NCBI GenBank assembly: GCA_037382465.1
Contig: JARRPX010000004.1
Coordinates: 140,204 to 204,203 of the forward strand
Length of the DNA: 64,000 bases
Direction: 5' to 3'
Source: Anaerolineales bacterium
Lineage (GTDB): Bacteria; Chloroflexota; Anaerolineae; Anaerolineales; E44-bin32
Shown here piece by piece: positions 16,544-26,133 of this stretch. Position numbers and translations under genes: made by a program. Within the stretch, counting starts at the first letter, position 1, and each line of letters starts with the position of its first letter. The notes under the pieces are model-generated. The model did not search any database. It worked only from the letters and a program-made list of their open reading frames with translations, and was not told the origin of the DNA.

Positions 16544-19500
16544 ATGCAACCGTCCATACACCTCAATGGCCTCTATGATCCTCGCTTCGAGCACGACGCC
16601 TGTGGTGTCGGATTCATCGCTGATCTGACCAACACCAAATCGCACGGGATCGTCAGCAAGGGCATCGAAATTCTGCGCAACCTCGACCATCGCGGCGCCC
16701 GAGGGGTGGAAAAAGAAACCGGCGATGGCGCGGGAATCCTCGTCCAGCTCCCTCACGGTTTCTTCCTGCGAGAATGTTCACGGATTGGCATCGGCCTGCC
16801 GGAGCCCGGGGATTACGCCATCGGCCAGTGCTTCTTGCCCAAAGACCATCAAACCCACCAGGGTGTGAAAGACGTCTTCCAGCGCGCCATCGCAGAGCTC
16901 GAACTCGATGTGCTTGGCTGGCGCGAGGTCCCCACCGACAGTTCAACACTGGGAGCCACGGCAATATCCGGCGAGCCCAGCATTCATCAAATTATCATCC
17001 GCCGCCCTGTGTCCTGCCGGACGCAGGATGAATTCGAACGGCGATTGTTCGTGGCCCGCAAATATGGCATCCGCATGGTACGTGAGACAGTCCGTGGGGC
17101 GGAGAGATTCTATCTCTGTTCGATGTCCTCGCGCACGATCGTCTACAAGGGAATGCTCACGGCAGATCAAGTCACGGCGTACTACCCGGATTTGCTCGAC
17201 GACACCTTCGAGTCTGCCCTCGCCTTGATTCACAGCCGATTCTCGACGAACGTACTGCCGACCTGGAAGCTCGCCCATCCTTTCCGTACGCTGGCGCACA
17301 ACGGTGAGATCAACACCCTGCGCGGAAACGTCAACTGGATGAATTCGCGCCAGTCGATCATTTCCTCTCCGCTGTTCACCCAGGACGAAATCCAGAAAAT
17401 GCGGCCCATCATCCAGGAAGGCAGCTCGGATTCCGGCAGCCTGGACAACGCAGTCGAGTTCCTCATGATGGGAGGCCGCAGCCTTCCACACGTGATGATG
17501 ATGCTCATCCCGGAAGCCTGGGAGAAAGATCCGGAGATTCCCGAAAACCGCAGGGCGTTCTACGAGTATCACGGCGCACTCATCGAACCCTGGGACGGTC
17601 CCGCATCGGTGGCGTTCACCGACGGCACGCTCATCGGCGCCACGCTGGACCGCAACGGCCTGCGGCCTTCACGCTATTGCTTGACGGATGACAACCTGCT
17701 CATCATGGCTTCCGAGGCCGGCACCCTCGATGTGCCCGCCGGAAAAATCGTCCGGAGAGGACGACTTCAGCCGGGGAAGATGTTCATCGCCTCCCTCGAA
17801 GAAGGGCGCATCATCCCGGATGACGAAATCAAGGACCGTATCTGCGACGAACGTCCCTACAGACAGTGGCTCGTGGAGAACAAGATTCCTCTCGCCGAAC
17901 TCGAGCCCCCGCGTCAGATCCTGCAGCCCCCATCCCGCAAGGTACGCACGCGGCAGCGCGTCTTCGGATATACCCTGGAGGATCTGCGCATCCTCCTGGC
18001 ACCGATGGTCAAGAACGCCAAGGAGCCCATCGGCTCCATGGGCAACGACACCCCGTTGGCGGTGCTCTCGAAAAAATCGCGAAATTTGTTCGATTACTTC
18101 CACCAGCTCTTCGCCCAGGTGACCAACCCGCCTATCGATCCCATTCGTGAAGATCTGGTGATGAGCCTCGTGTCGTTCGTCGGAAGCAAGGGCAACATTC
18201 TGGAGGACGGACCGCAGCACGCCAACGTGATCGAACTGCCGCATCCCGTCCTGACCAACGAGGATCTCGAGCGCTTGCGCTGGGTCGATCGACAGAGCTA
18301 CCAAGCCAAGACCATTTCGATCTGTTTCAAAGCCGAGCCCGGCCGGATGCAGCGAGCACTCAATCGACTGCGGCGCGTGGCGGAGGAATACGTGCTCGAC
18401 GGCTACGAGGTGATCATTCTCACCGACAGGCCGGTAGACTCGGGCCATGCGGCGATTCCTTCCTTGCTCGCCGTTTCCGCGGTACACCACCATTTGATCC
18501 GTAAAGGCCTGCGCTCGCAGTGCGATCTCGTCATCGAAACCGGAGAAGCACGCGAAGTACATCACTTCGCCTGTCTTTTGGGCTTCGGCGCCTCCGCGGT
18601 GAATCCTTACATCGCTTTCGAGACGATCGAGGACATGCGCTTACGCAAGCTCCTGCCCAACCAACTCACCGAGCAAGAAGCTCGCAATCATTACCTCAAA
18701 GCGATCGGCAAGGGTCTGCTCAAGACCATGTCCAAGATGGGAATATCGACCATTTCCTCCTACATCGGTGCACAAATCTTCGAGGTGGTCGGCCTTTCCG
18801 ACGAAGTCATCGAGGAATACTTTCCGGGAACCGTCTCGCGCATCGGTGGGATCGATATCCCCACGATCGAACGCGAGACTCTCATGCGTCACAAAGCCGC
18901 TTACTTCGATCCGAACGACGATGACGACCTGGAGTTGGGCGGCCAATACCAATGGCGTCTGCGCGGCGAACGTCACCAGCACAATCCGGAGATGATTCAC
19001 AAGCTGCAGCACGCCGCCCGAACCAACGACTATGCCCTCTACCGGGAATACGCCCGCATCGTCGATGACCCGGGAGATGCGCCGATCACCTTGCGCCATC
19101 TACTCGAATTCACGAACCTCGATCCGATACCGATCGAGGAAGTCGAACCCGTCGACTCGATCGTCAAGCGCTTCTCCACGGGAGCGATGTCCTTCGGGTC
19201 GATCTCCTGGGAGGCACACACCACGCTGGCGATCGCCATGAACCGCCTCGGAGGAAAATCGAACACCGGAGAAGGCGGCGAGGATCCCATTCGTTACGAG
19301 CCTCTGCCCAACGGAGACAGCATGCGCTCCGCCATCAAACAGGTGGCTTCGGGACGCTTCGGCGTCACGGCCAATTACCTCGTCAACGCCGACGAGCTGC
19401 AGATCAAGATGGCCCAGGGCGCCAAGCCGGGCGAGGGCGGCCAACTTCCCGGCCACAAGGTCGACGAGAATATCGCCCGGGTGCGCCATTCGACGCCGTA

Positions 19501-21061
19501 CGTCGAATTGATCTCGCCGCCGCCGCACCACGACATCTACTCCATCGAGGATCTCGCCCAGCTGATCTACGATCTAAAGAATTCCAACCCCCGGGCACGC
19601 ATCAACGTGAAGCTCGTGGCCGAGGTGGGTGTAGGCACAATTGCCGCAGGCGTCGCCAAAGCGCACGCCGATGTGATTCTGATTTCGGGACACGACGGTG
19701 GAACCGGCGCTTCCCCACTCTCTTCGATCAAACACGCCGGTCTCCCCTGGGAACTCGGCGTGGCCGAGACGCACCAGGTCCTCATGCAGAATCTGCTGCG
19801 TGACCGCGTCGTACTGCAGACCGATGGCCTCCTGCGCACGGGCCGGGACGTCGCCATCGCCGCGCTGCTCGGCGCCGAGGAGTGGGGCATCGCCACGGGA
19901 GCGCTGATCGCCATGGGCTGCATCATGATGCGCAAGTGCCATCTCAACACCTGCCCCGTGGGTGTGGCGACGCAGGACAAGGAACTGCGCAAGTTGTTTA
20001 CGGGCGAACCGGAGCACGTGGTCAACTTCTTCCACTTCATCGCCGAGGACCTGCGCGAGCACATGGCGCGTCTCGGTTTCCGCACCGTCGACGAGATGGT
20101 CGGGCGGGTGGATAAACTCGCCCCCAAACGGGACATCAAACACTACAAAGCCAAGCATCTCGACCTGGCACGCTTGCTTCACTTCATGCAGGCGGACGGC
20201 CGCTGCGGGACGTTCTGCTGCGTTCCCCAGGAGCACGGCCTCGACAAGGCGCTCGACAAGCAGCTGATTCAAATTTCCAGCCCCGCAATCGAAGCAGGTA
20301 AAAAGGTCGAGGAAACTTTCGAAATCCGCAACGTGAACCGCACCGTAGGTACGCTGCTGGGGCAGGAAATCACCCGCCGCACCAACGGGGAAGGACTTCC
20401 CGAAGGCACAATCCACCTGAAAGCAGTAGGTTCGGCCGGTCAATCCTTCATGGCTTTCGCCCCCAGGGGCCTGACCATCGAGATCGAGGGCGAAGCGAAC
20501 GACTACTTCTGCAAGGGGCTTTCCGGCGGCACGGCCGTTCTCTACCCGCCGAAAGACGCAAATTTCAATCCCAACGACAACGTGATCTGCGGAAACGTGT
20601 CGTTCTACGGAGCGACTTCCGGCAAGGCCTTCATTCTCGGTTTGGCCGGCGAACGCTTCTGCGTGCGTAATTCGGGCGCACACGTCGTCGTCGAGGGCAT
20701 CGGCGATCATGGATGTGAATACATGACCGGCGGACGAGCCGTGATCCTGGGGCCGATCGGACGCAATTTTGCGGCCGGAATGTCCGGCGGTGTCGCCTAC
20801 ATCTGGGACGAGGACGACCGGGCGCGGCAGCGAATCAACACCAGCATGGTCGACCTCGAGGACATCGTCGATCCGCAGGAGATCACCGAACTCAAAACGC
20901 TCATTGAGGAACACGCCCGAGTCACGGGATCGGAGCGTGCGGAACGCATTCTTGCGACCTGGGACGTTCAATTGAGGAAATTCATCAAGGTGATGCCGCG
21001 CGATTACAAACGTGCCCTCGCCAGGCTCAACGTCGAGATGGCTGCGGTGAGTGAGGTATAA
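16544..21061 (+). CDS. gltB: Glutamate synthase large subunit
   Basis: 1505 aa. N-terminal amidotransferase with the catalytic Cys in HDACGVGFIA, then the central, FMN/3Fe-4S and C-terminal GXGXG beta-helix domains, all recognisable. Confidence 0.97.
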   Translation: MQPSIHLNGLYDPRFEHDACGVGFIADLTNTKSHGIVSKGIEILRNLDHRGARGVEKETGDGAGILVQLPHGFFLRECSRIGIGLPEPGDYAIGQCFLPKDHQTHQGVKDVFQRAIAELELDVLGWREVPTDSSTLGATAISGEPSIHQIIIRRPVSCRTQDEFERRLFVARKYGIRMVRETVRGAERFYLCSMSSRTIVYKGMLTADQVTAYYPDLLDDTFESALALIHSRFSTNVLPTWKLAHPFRTLAHNGEINTLRGNVNWMNSRQSIISSPLFTQDEIQKMRPIIQEGSSDSGSLDNAVEFLMMGGRSLPHVMMMLIPEAWEKDPEIPENRRAFYEYHGALIEPWDGPASVAFTDGTLIGATLDRNGLRPSRYCLTDDNLLIMASEAGTLDVPAGKIVRRGRLQPGKMFIASLEEGRIIPDDEIKDRICDERPYRQWLVENKIPLAELEPPRQILQPPSRKVRTRQRVFGYTLEDLRILLAPMVKNAKEPIGSMGNDTPLAVLSKKSRNLFDYFHQLFAQVTNPPIDPIREDLVMSLVSFVGSKGNILEDGPQHANVIELPHPVLTNEDLERLRWVDRQSYQAKTISICFKAEPGRMQRALNRLRRVAEEYVLDGYEVIILTDRPVDSGHAAIPSLLAVSAVHHHLIRKGLRSQCDLVIETGEAREVHHFACLLGFGASAVNPYIAFETIEDMRLRKLLPNQLTEQEARNHYLKAIGKGLLKTMSKMGISTISSYIGAQIFEVVGLSDEVIEEYFPGTVSRIGGIDIPTIERETLMRHKAAYFDPNDDDDLELGGQYQWRLRGERHQHNPEMIHKLQHAARTNDYALYREYARIVDDPGDAPITLRHLLEFTNLDPIPIEEVEPVDSIVKRFSTGAMSFGSISWEAHTTLAIAMNRLGGKSNTGEGGEDPIRYEPLPNGDSMRSAIKQVASGRFGVTANYLVNADELQIKMAQGAKPGEGGQLPGHKVDENIARVRHSTPYVELISPPPHHDIYSIEDLAQLIYDLKNSNPRARINVKLVAEVGVGTIAAGVAKAHADVILISGHDGGTGASPLSSIKHAGLPWELGVAETHQVLMQNLLRDRVVLQTDGLLRTGRDVAIAALLGAEEWGIATGALIAMGCIMMRKCHLNTCPVGVATQDKELRKLFTGEPEHVVNFFHFIAEDLREHMARLGFRTVDEMVGRVDKLAPKRDIKHYKAKHLDLARLLHFMQADGRCGTFCCVPQEHGLDKALDKQLIQISSPAIEAGKKVEETFEIRNVNRTVGTLLGQEITRRTNGEGLPEGTIHLKAVGSAGQSFMAFAPRGLTIEIEGEANDYFCKGLSGGTAVLYPPKDANFNPNDNVICGNVSFYGATSGKAFILGLAGERFCVRNSGAHVVVEGIGDHGCEYMTGGRAVILGPIGRNFAAGMSGGVAYIWDEDDRARQRINTSMVDLEDIVDPQEITELKTLIEEHARVTGSERAERILATWDVQLRKFIKVMPRDYKRALARLNVEMAAVSEV

Positions 21062-21062
21062 G

Positions 21063-22535
21063 ATGGGTAAAGTTACCGGCTTCAAGGAATTCGTCAGAAA
21101 AAATCCGGCCTACGAACCGGTCGAAGATCGCATTCGTCACTGGCACGAGTTCAGCATTCCCCTCACCCAGGAAGAGAATGAAATCCAGGGCGCCCGCTGT
21201 ATGGATTGCGGCGTTCCCTTCTGCCACAACGGCTGCCCGCTGGGAAACATCATCCCCGACTTCAACGATCAGGTGTATCGAGGCAAATGGCAGCAGGCGC
21301 TGCAGACGCTTTTGGACACCAACAATTTCCCCGAATTCACCGGACGTCTCTGCCCGGCACCCTGCGAGTCGGCCTGCGTTCTCAGCATCAACAAACCGGC
21401 GGTCGCCATCAAATCCATCGAACTCGCCATTATCGAACGCGGGTTCAATGAGGATTGGGTCGCGCCGCAGCCGCCGCGAAGCCGAACGGGGAAAACGGTC
21501 GCCGTCGTCGGATCGGGCCCGGCAGGCCTTGCCGCCGCCGATCAACTCAATCGATCGGGGCACAAGGTCACGGTCTTCGAACGGGCGGACCGGATCGGTG
21601 GCTTGCTGCGATACGGCATACCCGATTTCAAACTCTCCAAGGCTGTGCTCGATCGCCGCATCGAACTCATGATGGACGAAGGTGTGACCTTCCATACGGG
21701 AACCCACGTGGGTGTCGATTTACCCGCAGTGCAACTCATCGCCGATTTCGACGCCATCGTACTGGCCGGAGGATCGACGAAACCCCGCGATCTGCCCATC
21801 CCGGGCCGCGATGCGGAGGGGGTCGAATTCGCCATGCATTTCCTGACCCAGGCCAACCGGCGCATCGCCGGCGATTCGATCCTCGAAGGCAGCGACGTCC
21901 TGGCCACGGACAAAGACGTTGTCGTCATCGGCGGCGGAGACACCGGGTCGGACTGTGTTGGAACTGCCATTCGACAAAAAGCCCGCTCCGTCACGCAGAT
22001 CGAAATTTTGCCCAAGCCGCCGGAATCCCGCACCTTGCAGACTCCCTGGCCGACCCACCCGGGGCCGCGCATGCTTACTACTTCGACTTCACAAGCCGAG
22101 GGCTGCGAAAGGCGCTGGGCGGTGATGTCGAAGGAATTCCTCACGGATGAGTCGGGAATATTGCGAGGCATCCGGGCAGAGGAAGCAGACTGGAGTTCGG
22201 GCCGGCCCGAAGCGCTCCCAAATAGCGAACACGAACTCCCTGCCCAACTGGCGCTGCTCGCCATGGGATTCCTCCATCCGGAGCATGCATTGCTGGATGA
22301 CTTCGGTGTAGAAAAAGACGATCGCGGCAACTGTGCTTCGCACGGCTACCGCACGACACGCGAAGGCGTGTTCACCGCCGGCGACATGCGCCGAGGCCAA
22401 TCGCTCGTGGTGTGGGCGATCAGCGAAGGACGGGAATGCGCGCTCGAGGTGGATGCGTATCTCAACGGCCGTCCTTCCCTTCTCGAAGCGAAAACGAAAA
22501 CGCGCAGCGACGCCGTCCTGCAGATGCTGCCCTAA
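21063..22535 (+). CDS. gltD: Glutamate synthase small subunit (NAD(P)H-dependent)
   Basis: ATG is 1 nt after the gltB stop. Fe-S cysteine clusters ([19 protein letters not shown]) and two dinucleotide folds ([27 protein letters not shown]). Confidence 0.95.
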   Translation: MGKVTGFKEFVRKNPAYEPVEDRIRHWHEFSIPLTQEENEIQGARCMDCGVPFCHNGCPLGNIIPDFNDQVYRGKWQQALQTLLDTNNFPEFTGRLCPAPCESACVLSINKPAVAIKSIELAIIERGFNEDWVAPQPPRSRTGKTVAVVGSGPAGLAAADQLNRSGHKVTVFERADRIGGLLRYGIPDFKLSKAVLDRRIELMMDEGVTFHTGTHVGVDLPAVQLIADFDAIVLAGGSTKPRDLPIPGRDAEGVEFAMHFLTQANRRIAGDSILEGSDVLATDKDVVVIGGGDTGSDCVGTAIRQKARSVTQIEILPKPPESRTLQTPWPTHPGPRMLTTSTSQAEGCERRWAVMSKEFLTDESGILRGIRAEEADWSSGRPEALPNSEHELPAQLALLAMGFLHPEHALLDDFGVEKDDRGNCASHGYRTTREGVFTAGDMRRGQSLVVWAISEGRECALEVDAYLNGRPSLLEAKTKTRSDAVLQMLP

Positions 22536-22567
22536 TCCAGAAAAACCATCGATACATTAAAAACAAA

Positions 22568-22600
22568 ACCCTCCCGGTCGCAGGGGCCTTCCGGGAGGGT
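22568..22600. terminator. Bidirectional terminator hairpin between convergent gltD and fba
   Basis: ACCCTCCCGG-13 nt-CCGGGAGGGT, flanked by A-rich (upstream) and T-rich (downstream) tracts. A second 7-bp hairpin TTCTGTG...CACAGAA follows at about 22607-22632. Confidence 0.5.
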
Positions 22601-22633
22601 CAGTCGTTCTGTGTTCGTTTTCGGGCACAGAAT

Positions 22634-23659
22634 TCAGACTGCGAGTTCCTTCTCCATCTTCGGCGTGTACTTTCCGTAGCGCGCCTCGCCGTTCATCCTG
22701 GCGCGGTGATGATAGACCTTCTGCGCCGCGGGGACGTTTTCCACTTTTCCGGACCAGGCTTTCAGCGCCGGCGCCTGCAGCGCACGGCCGTAGGAGAAGC
22801 TGAGTTCCCAGGGGAACTTGCCCATGGCGTTCATGGCGTTCAGATTCTCGGTTGCCTGCTCGGCGGTTTGTCCGCCGGAGAGGAAGACGATCCCGGGTAC
22901 GGCGGCCGGGACGGTTCGCAGGAACGTGCGCACGGTTGCTTCGGCGATCTCTTCCGGACCGGCCTGCTTTGTCGCACCCTTTCCGGAAATGACCATGTTG
23001 GGTTTCAGCAGCGTTCCTTCCAACTCGACGTTCATTTCAAACAGGGCATCGTAGACGCGGTTCAGCGTTTCAGTAGTAACCTGTTCGCAGCGGTCAATGT
23101 CGTGATCGCCGTCCATCAGAACTTCCGGCTCTACGATGGGTACCAAACCTGCTTCCTGGCACAGCGCAGCATAACGCGCCAGGGCATGTGCGTTGGCGTT
23201 CATGCATGCCACCGTCGGAATGCCGTCCCCGATGGTGATCACGGCCCGCCATTTTGCGAACTTGGCGCCCAGCTTGACGTATTCCGCCAGGCGGTCGCGC
23301 AAACCGTCCAAACCTTCCGTAACACGTTCTCCCGAAAAGCCGGCCATCGGCTTGGCGCCGGTGTCCACCTTGATTCCGGGCAGCGTGCCTTGCTTGGACA
23401 ATACTTCAGGGAACGGGACGCCGTCTTTGGTGCTCTGACGGATGGTCTCGTCGTAAAGGATCACGCCGCTGATGTAATCCGCGGCGCCGTCCGTGGTGAA
23501 CAACATCTCGCGGTACGAACGGCGGTTCTCCTCCGTGGACTCTACGCTGATGCTGTCGAAACGTTTCTTGATCGTTCCCGTACTTTCATCAGCCGCGAGG
23601 ATGCCCTTTCCCTCGGCAACGAGTGCCTTTGCTACAGATTGCAGATCTTGCTTTGACAT
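22634..23659 (-). CDS. fba: Fructose-bisphosphate aldolase, class I
   Basis: GKGILAADESTGTIKKRF and the TEENRRSYREMLFTT blocks of class I FBA. Start 23659 (MSKQ) has GGAGG 8 nt upstream, whereas the ORF-track start 23674 lacks one. Confidence 0.9.
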   Translation of the reverse strand: MSKQDLQSVAKALVAEGKGILAADESTGTIKKRFDSISVESTEENRRSYREMLFTTDGAADYISGVILYDETIRQSTKDGVPFPEVLSKQGTLPGIKVDTGAKPMAGFSGERVTEGLDGLRDRLAEYVKLGAKFAKWRAVITIGDGIPTVACMNANAHALARYAALCQEAGLVPIVEPEVLMDGDHDIDRCEQVTTETLNRVYDALFEMNVELEGTLLKPNMVISGKGATKQAGPEEIAEATVRTFLRTVPAAVPGIVFLSGGQTAEQATENLNAMNAMGKFPWELSFSYGRALQAPALKAWSGKVENVPAAQKVYHHRARMNGEARYGKYTPKMEKELAV

Positions 23660-23776
23660 ATATCGAACCTCCAAATAATCTCACAGAAATGCCACGCATC
23701 GTAATGCATCATTTCGTGTGGAAAAGTACAGCGTATTTTCGACCCATCGAGTTAACACTTATTGGTGCAATTGGTT

Positions 23777-24295
23777 TCAATCCAGGTATTTCTTCGGGTA
23801 TTCGAAAAAAACCACTGCGCCGCTGTGCCGGGAAATCCTGTGCCAGGCTGTGCCGTTGAATTCGATACAAACGACTCCGCTGGTGGGTATATTGTCGAGG
23901 TCGAAATCGGAGAGGTAATTCACCAGTCCGGTGATACCCGGATTATGACCGAAGAGCATCACTTCCCGATAGATACTATCGAAGTCATGTACGACCTCGA
24001 GCAAATCCGCGACACTTGCGTCATAGATTTTCGCCTGCGTGACGATTTCCTCAAGCGGATACCCGATTTCCTCAGCGATGATTTTAGCACTATTTACCGC
24101 TCTTTTTGCGGGACTTGAAAAAATGATCTCCGGCCGCACACCCCGTTTGGCGAGCAGCTTGCCCATAAACGGGGCGTCGCGTTTGCCGCGTTTGTTCAAG
24201 GGACGTTCGAAGTCGGATAGACCGGGATTTTTCCAGCTCGATTTCGAATGCCGGACGAGATAGAGCTTCTTCACGGATGATTCTGTGCTCGACAA
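23777..24295 (-). CDS. Histidine phosphatase superfamily protein (SixA-like phosphohistidine phosphatase)
   Basis: LYLVRHSKS (RHG-type motif) ...ERPLNKRGKRDA...SSPAKRAV. 172 aa, SixA-sized. Confidence 0.7.
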   Translation of the reverse strand: MSSTESSVKKLYLVRHSKSSWKNPGLSDFERPLNKRGKRDAPFMGKLLAKRGVRPEIIFSSPAKRAVNSAKIIAEEIGYPLEEIVTQAKIYDASVADLLEVVHDFDSIYREVMLFGHNPGITGLVNYLSDFDLDNIPTSGVVCIEFNGTAWHRISRHSGAVVFFEYPKKYLD

Positions 24296-24327
24296 CTGGG
24301 GCGAACGTCCTTATTCTTTCGTCTGTA

Positions 24328-26097
24328 TCATTTGATGTTCTCGATCTCGCTCTCCAGCGCATCGAGTTGGCCGAGTACATTTTCGAGGCCTTTATCGATT
24401 TCCTTCAAGTGCTTCTCCTCGTGCAGCACGAAGCGCCGGTAGGGTGCGAGCGCCTCCCGCAATCTCCCGATCGATTGTTCCAGTTCTCGTTCGAAACTCT
24501 CCCGCAGTACAGTCCCGAGCCTGGCACGCAGTTCACGGACCTTCGTGCGCAATTCCTTCTTCGCACGACCGCGCCGGAAGGGAATGATGGCGAAACCGAG
24601 CACACCCAGCACGCTGGCGGCGATGATGCCCGTCGCGTCAGCCGTTGCGCCCACGAGAAGCGCATTCAAGACAATCCCCAGACCCACGGCGCCGACTTCG
24701 ACCAGACCCATCATGGCGATCGATTCCTGCACCGTCGTCACCAGCCTCGCTGCTTCTGTTTGCTTGTCGTAGCTTTTAATCACGCCATCCGCTTTAACAC
24801 CGATGTTGTCCAGCAGCTGCCGGCGATTGTATGCAAAGCCGCTGGAAGCCTCTTCGGCGGCGGCACGCAGCGAATCCGTCTCGCGCCGGCGGCTCAGTTC
24901 TTCGGCCATCAACCGCCACTGGCGAATCTCGCGCTCGACCATCCAGTCGACGATCTCCTGCACGTCGGCGGCGATTTGATTCGGCGTCTCCCCAACCACG
25001 TCGTCTTCGAAATCCTGGCGCAGCCGGCCGCCGCGCAGCATGTCGCGAACCTTCAAAAGCCGCATTCGATCGTCGATGAATTCCTCGCCGCGCAATCGCA
25101 TTTCCAAGAGTTTGTTATCGATGCTGAGCCAATGACGCTCGTATTCGGCATCGGTGTCTTCCGCATACAACTTGAGATGGCGCTCGACTTTGTCCAACAC
25201 CTGTACGTCTTCGGAGAGAATTTCCAGCCTTGAATTCGCCAGTTCGTCGTACTGTCGGCCGATTTTCCGCGCCACGCCCAGCGGACTGAGCAGCTTCAAG
25301 CGGATGCGGTCCGTCTGCGTGAGACTCTCCAACAAGTATTTGCGAAAATCGGCGAACTCGTCACTCTTCGCGGCGCGCCCGGATGTATCCGAACCGTCTG
25401 CCTTTTCGAGCGCCCGCCGGGCGGAGAAGGAAAACATGTGTGGAGAGAGTTTCAGCAATTCCTGTACGCCGCCGCGCACGAACTCGCGCACCTCATCGAT
25501 CGATTGCTGATCTTCGAGGATATCGATCTTGTTGATCGCCACGACGATCTTCTTGCCCCATTCCTGAATGTGCTCCAGAAAAGCCCGTTCGCTTTCCGTG
25601 AATGGGCGGTCCGCCGAGGTGACGAAAATCACCAGATCGCTGCGGGGAATGAATTCCCGCACGATGGATTCGTGATGCCGCAGGACGGCGTTCGTCCCCG
25701 GCGTGTCGACGATGTTGACTTCGCGCAGGAATTCCGCAGGGTAGCGCACCACGCGCACGTCCTTGGCGACGAATTCGGGCGCCCCCTCCTCGCCGTAGCG
25801 CACGACATAGATCCGGTCCGTGGTAGGGGTGACACCCTGGGGCAAGTACGCCTTCCCCAGCAGGGCGTTGATCAAGGCCGACTTTCCGCTGTTGAATTCG
25901 CCGACCACCACAAGCAGGAACAACTCGTCCAGCTGCTGCAATGCCTGCTGTAAATGTTCGAGGTCCGCAGGAGTCGTCTCCCAATCTCGGAGCAAGTCGA
26001 TCAACTGCTCGATTTGTTTGCGCTCGGCTTCCCAGAGTTCGCTTTGACGATCATCCAATAGCGTCGGGAACGTCATAGAATGCTCCTCGTGAGACAC
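24328..26097 (-). CDS. Bacterial dynamin-like GTPase
   Basis: P-loop GEFNSGKSALINALLG, G2-G4 motifs (DTPG, NKID), long helical stalk, and a C-proximal hydrophobic paddle (GLVEVGAVGLGIVLNALLVGATADATGIIAASVLGVLGFAIIPF). Confidence 0.8.
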   Translation of the reverse strand: MSHEEHSMTFPTLLDDRQSELWEAERKQIEQLIDLLRDWETTPADLEHLQQALQQLDELFLLVVVGEFNSGKSALINALLGKAYLPQGVTPTTDRIYVVRYGEEGAPEFVAKDVRVVRYPAEFLREVNIVDTPGTNAVLRHHESIVREFIPRSDLVIFVTSADRPFTESERAFLEHIQEWGKKIVVAINKIDILEDQQSIDEVREFVRGGVQELLKLSPHMFSFSARRALEKADGSDTSGRAAKSDEFADFRKYLLESLTQTDRIRLKLLSPLGVARKIGRQYDELANSRLEILSEDVQVLDKVERHLKLYAEDTDAEYERHWLSIDNKLLEMRLRGEEFIDDRMRLLKVRDMLRGGRLRQDFEDDVVGETPNQIAADVQEIVDWMVEREIRQWRLMAEELSRRRETDSLRAAAEEASSGFAYNRRQLLDNIGVKADGVIKSYDKQTEAARLVTTVQESIAMMGLVEVGAVGLGIVLNALLVGATADATGIIAASVLGVLGFAIIPFRRGRAKKELRTKVRELRARLGTVLRESFERELEQSIGRLREALAPYRRFVLHEEKHLKEIDKGLENVLGQLDALESEIENIK

Positions 26098-26133
26098 ATC
26101 CGCTTCGATATCACGATCCGGGCACCCGCAAGT

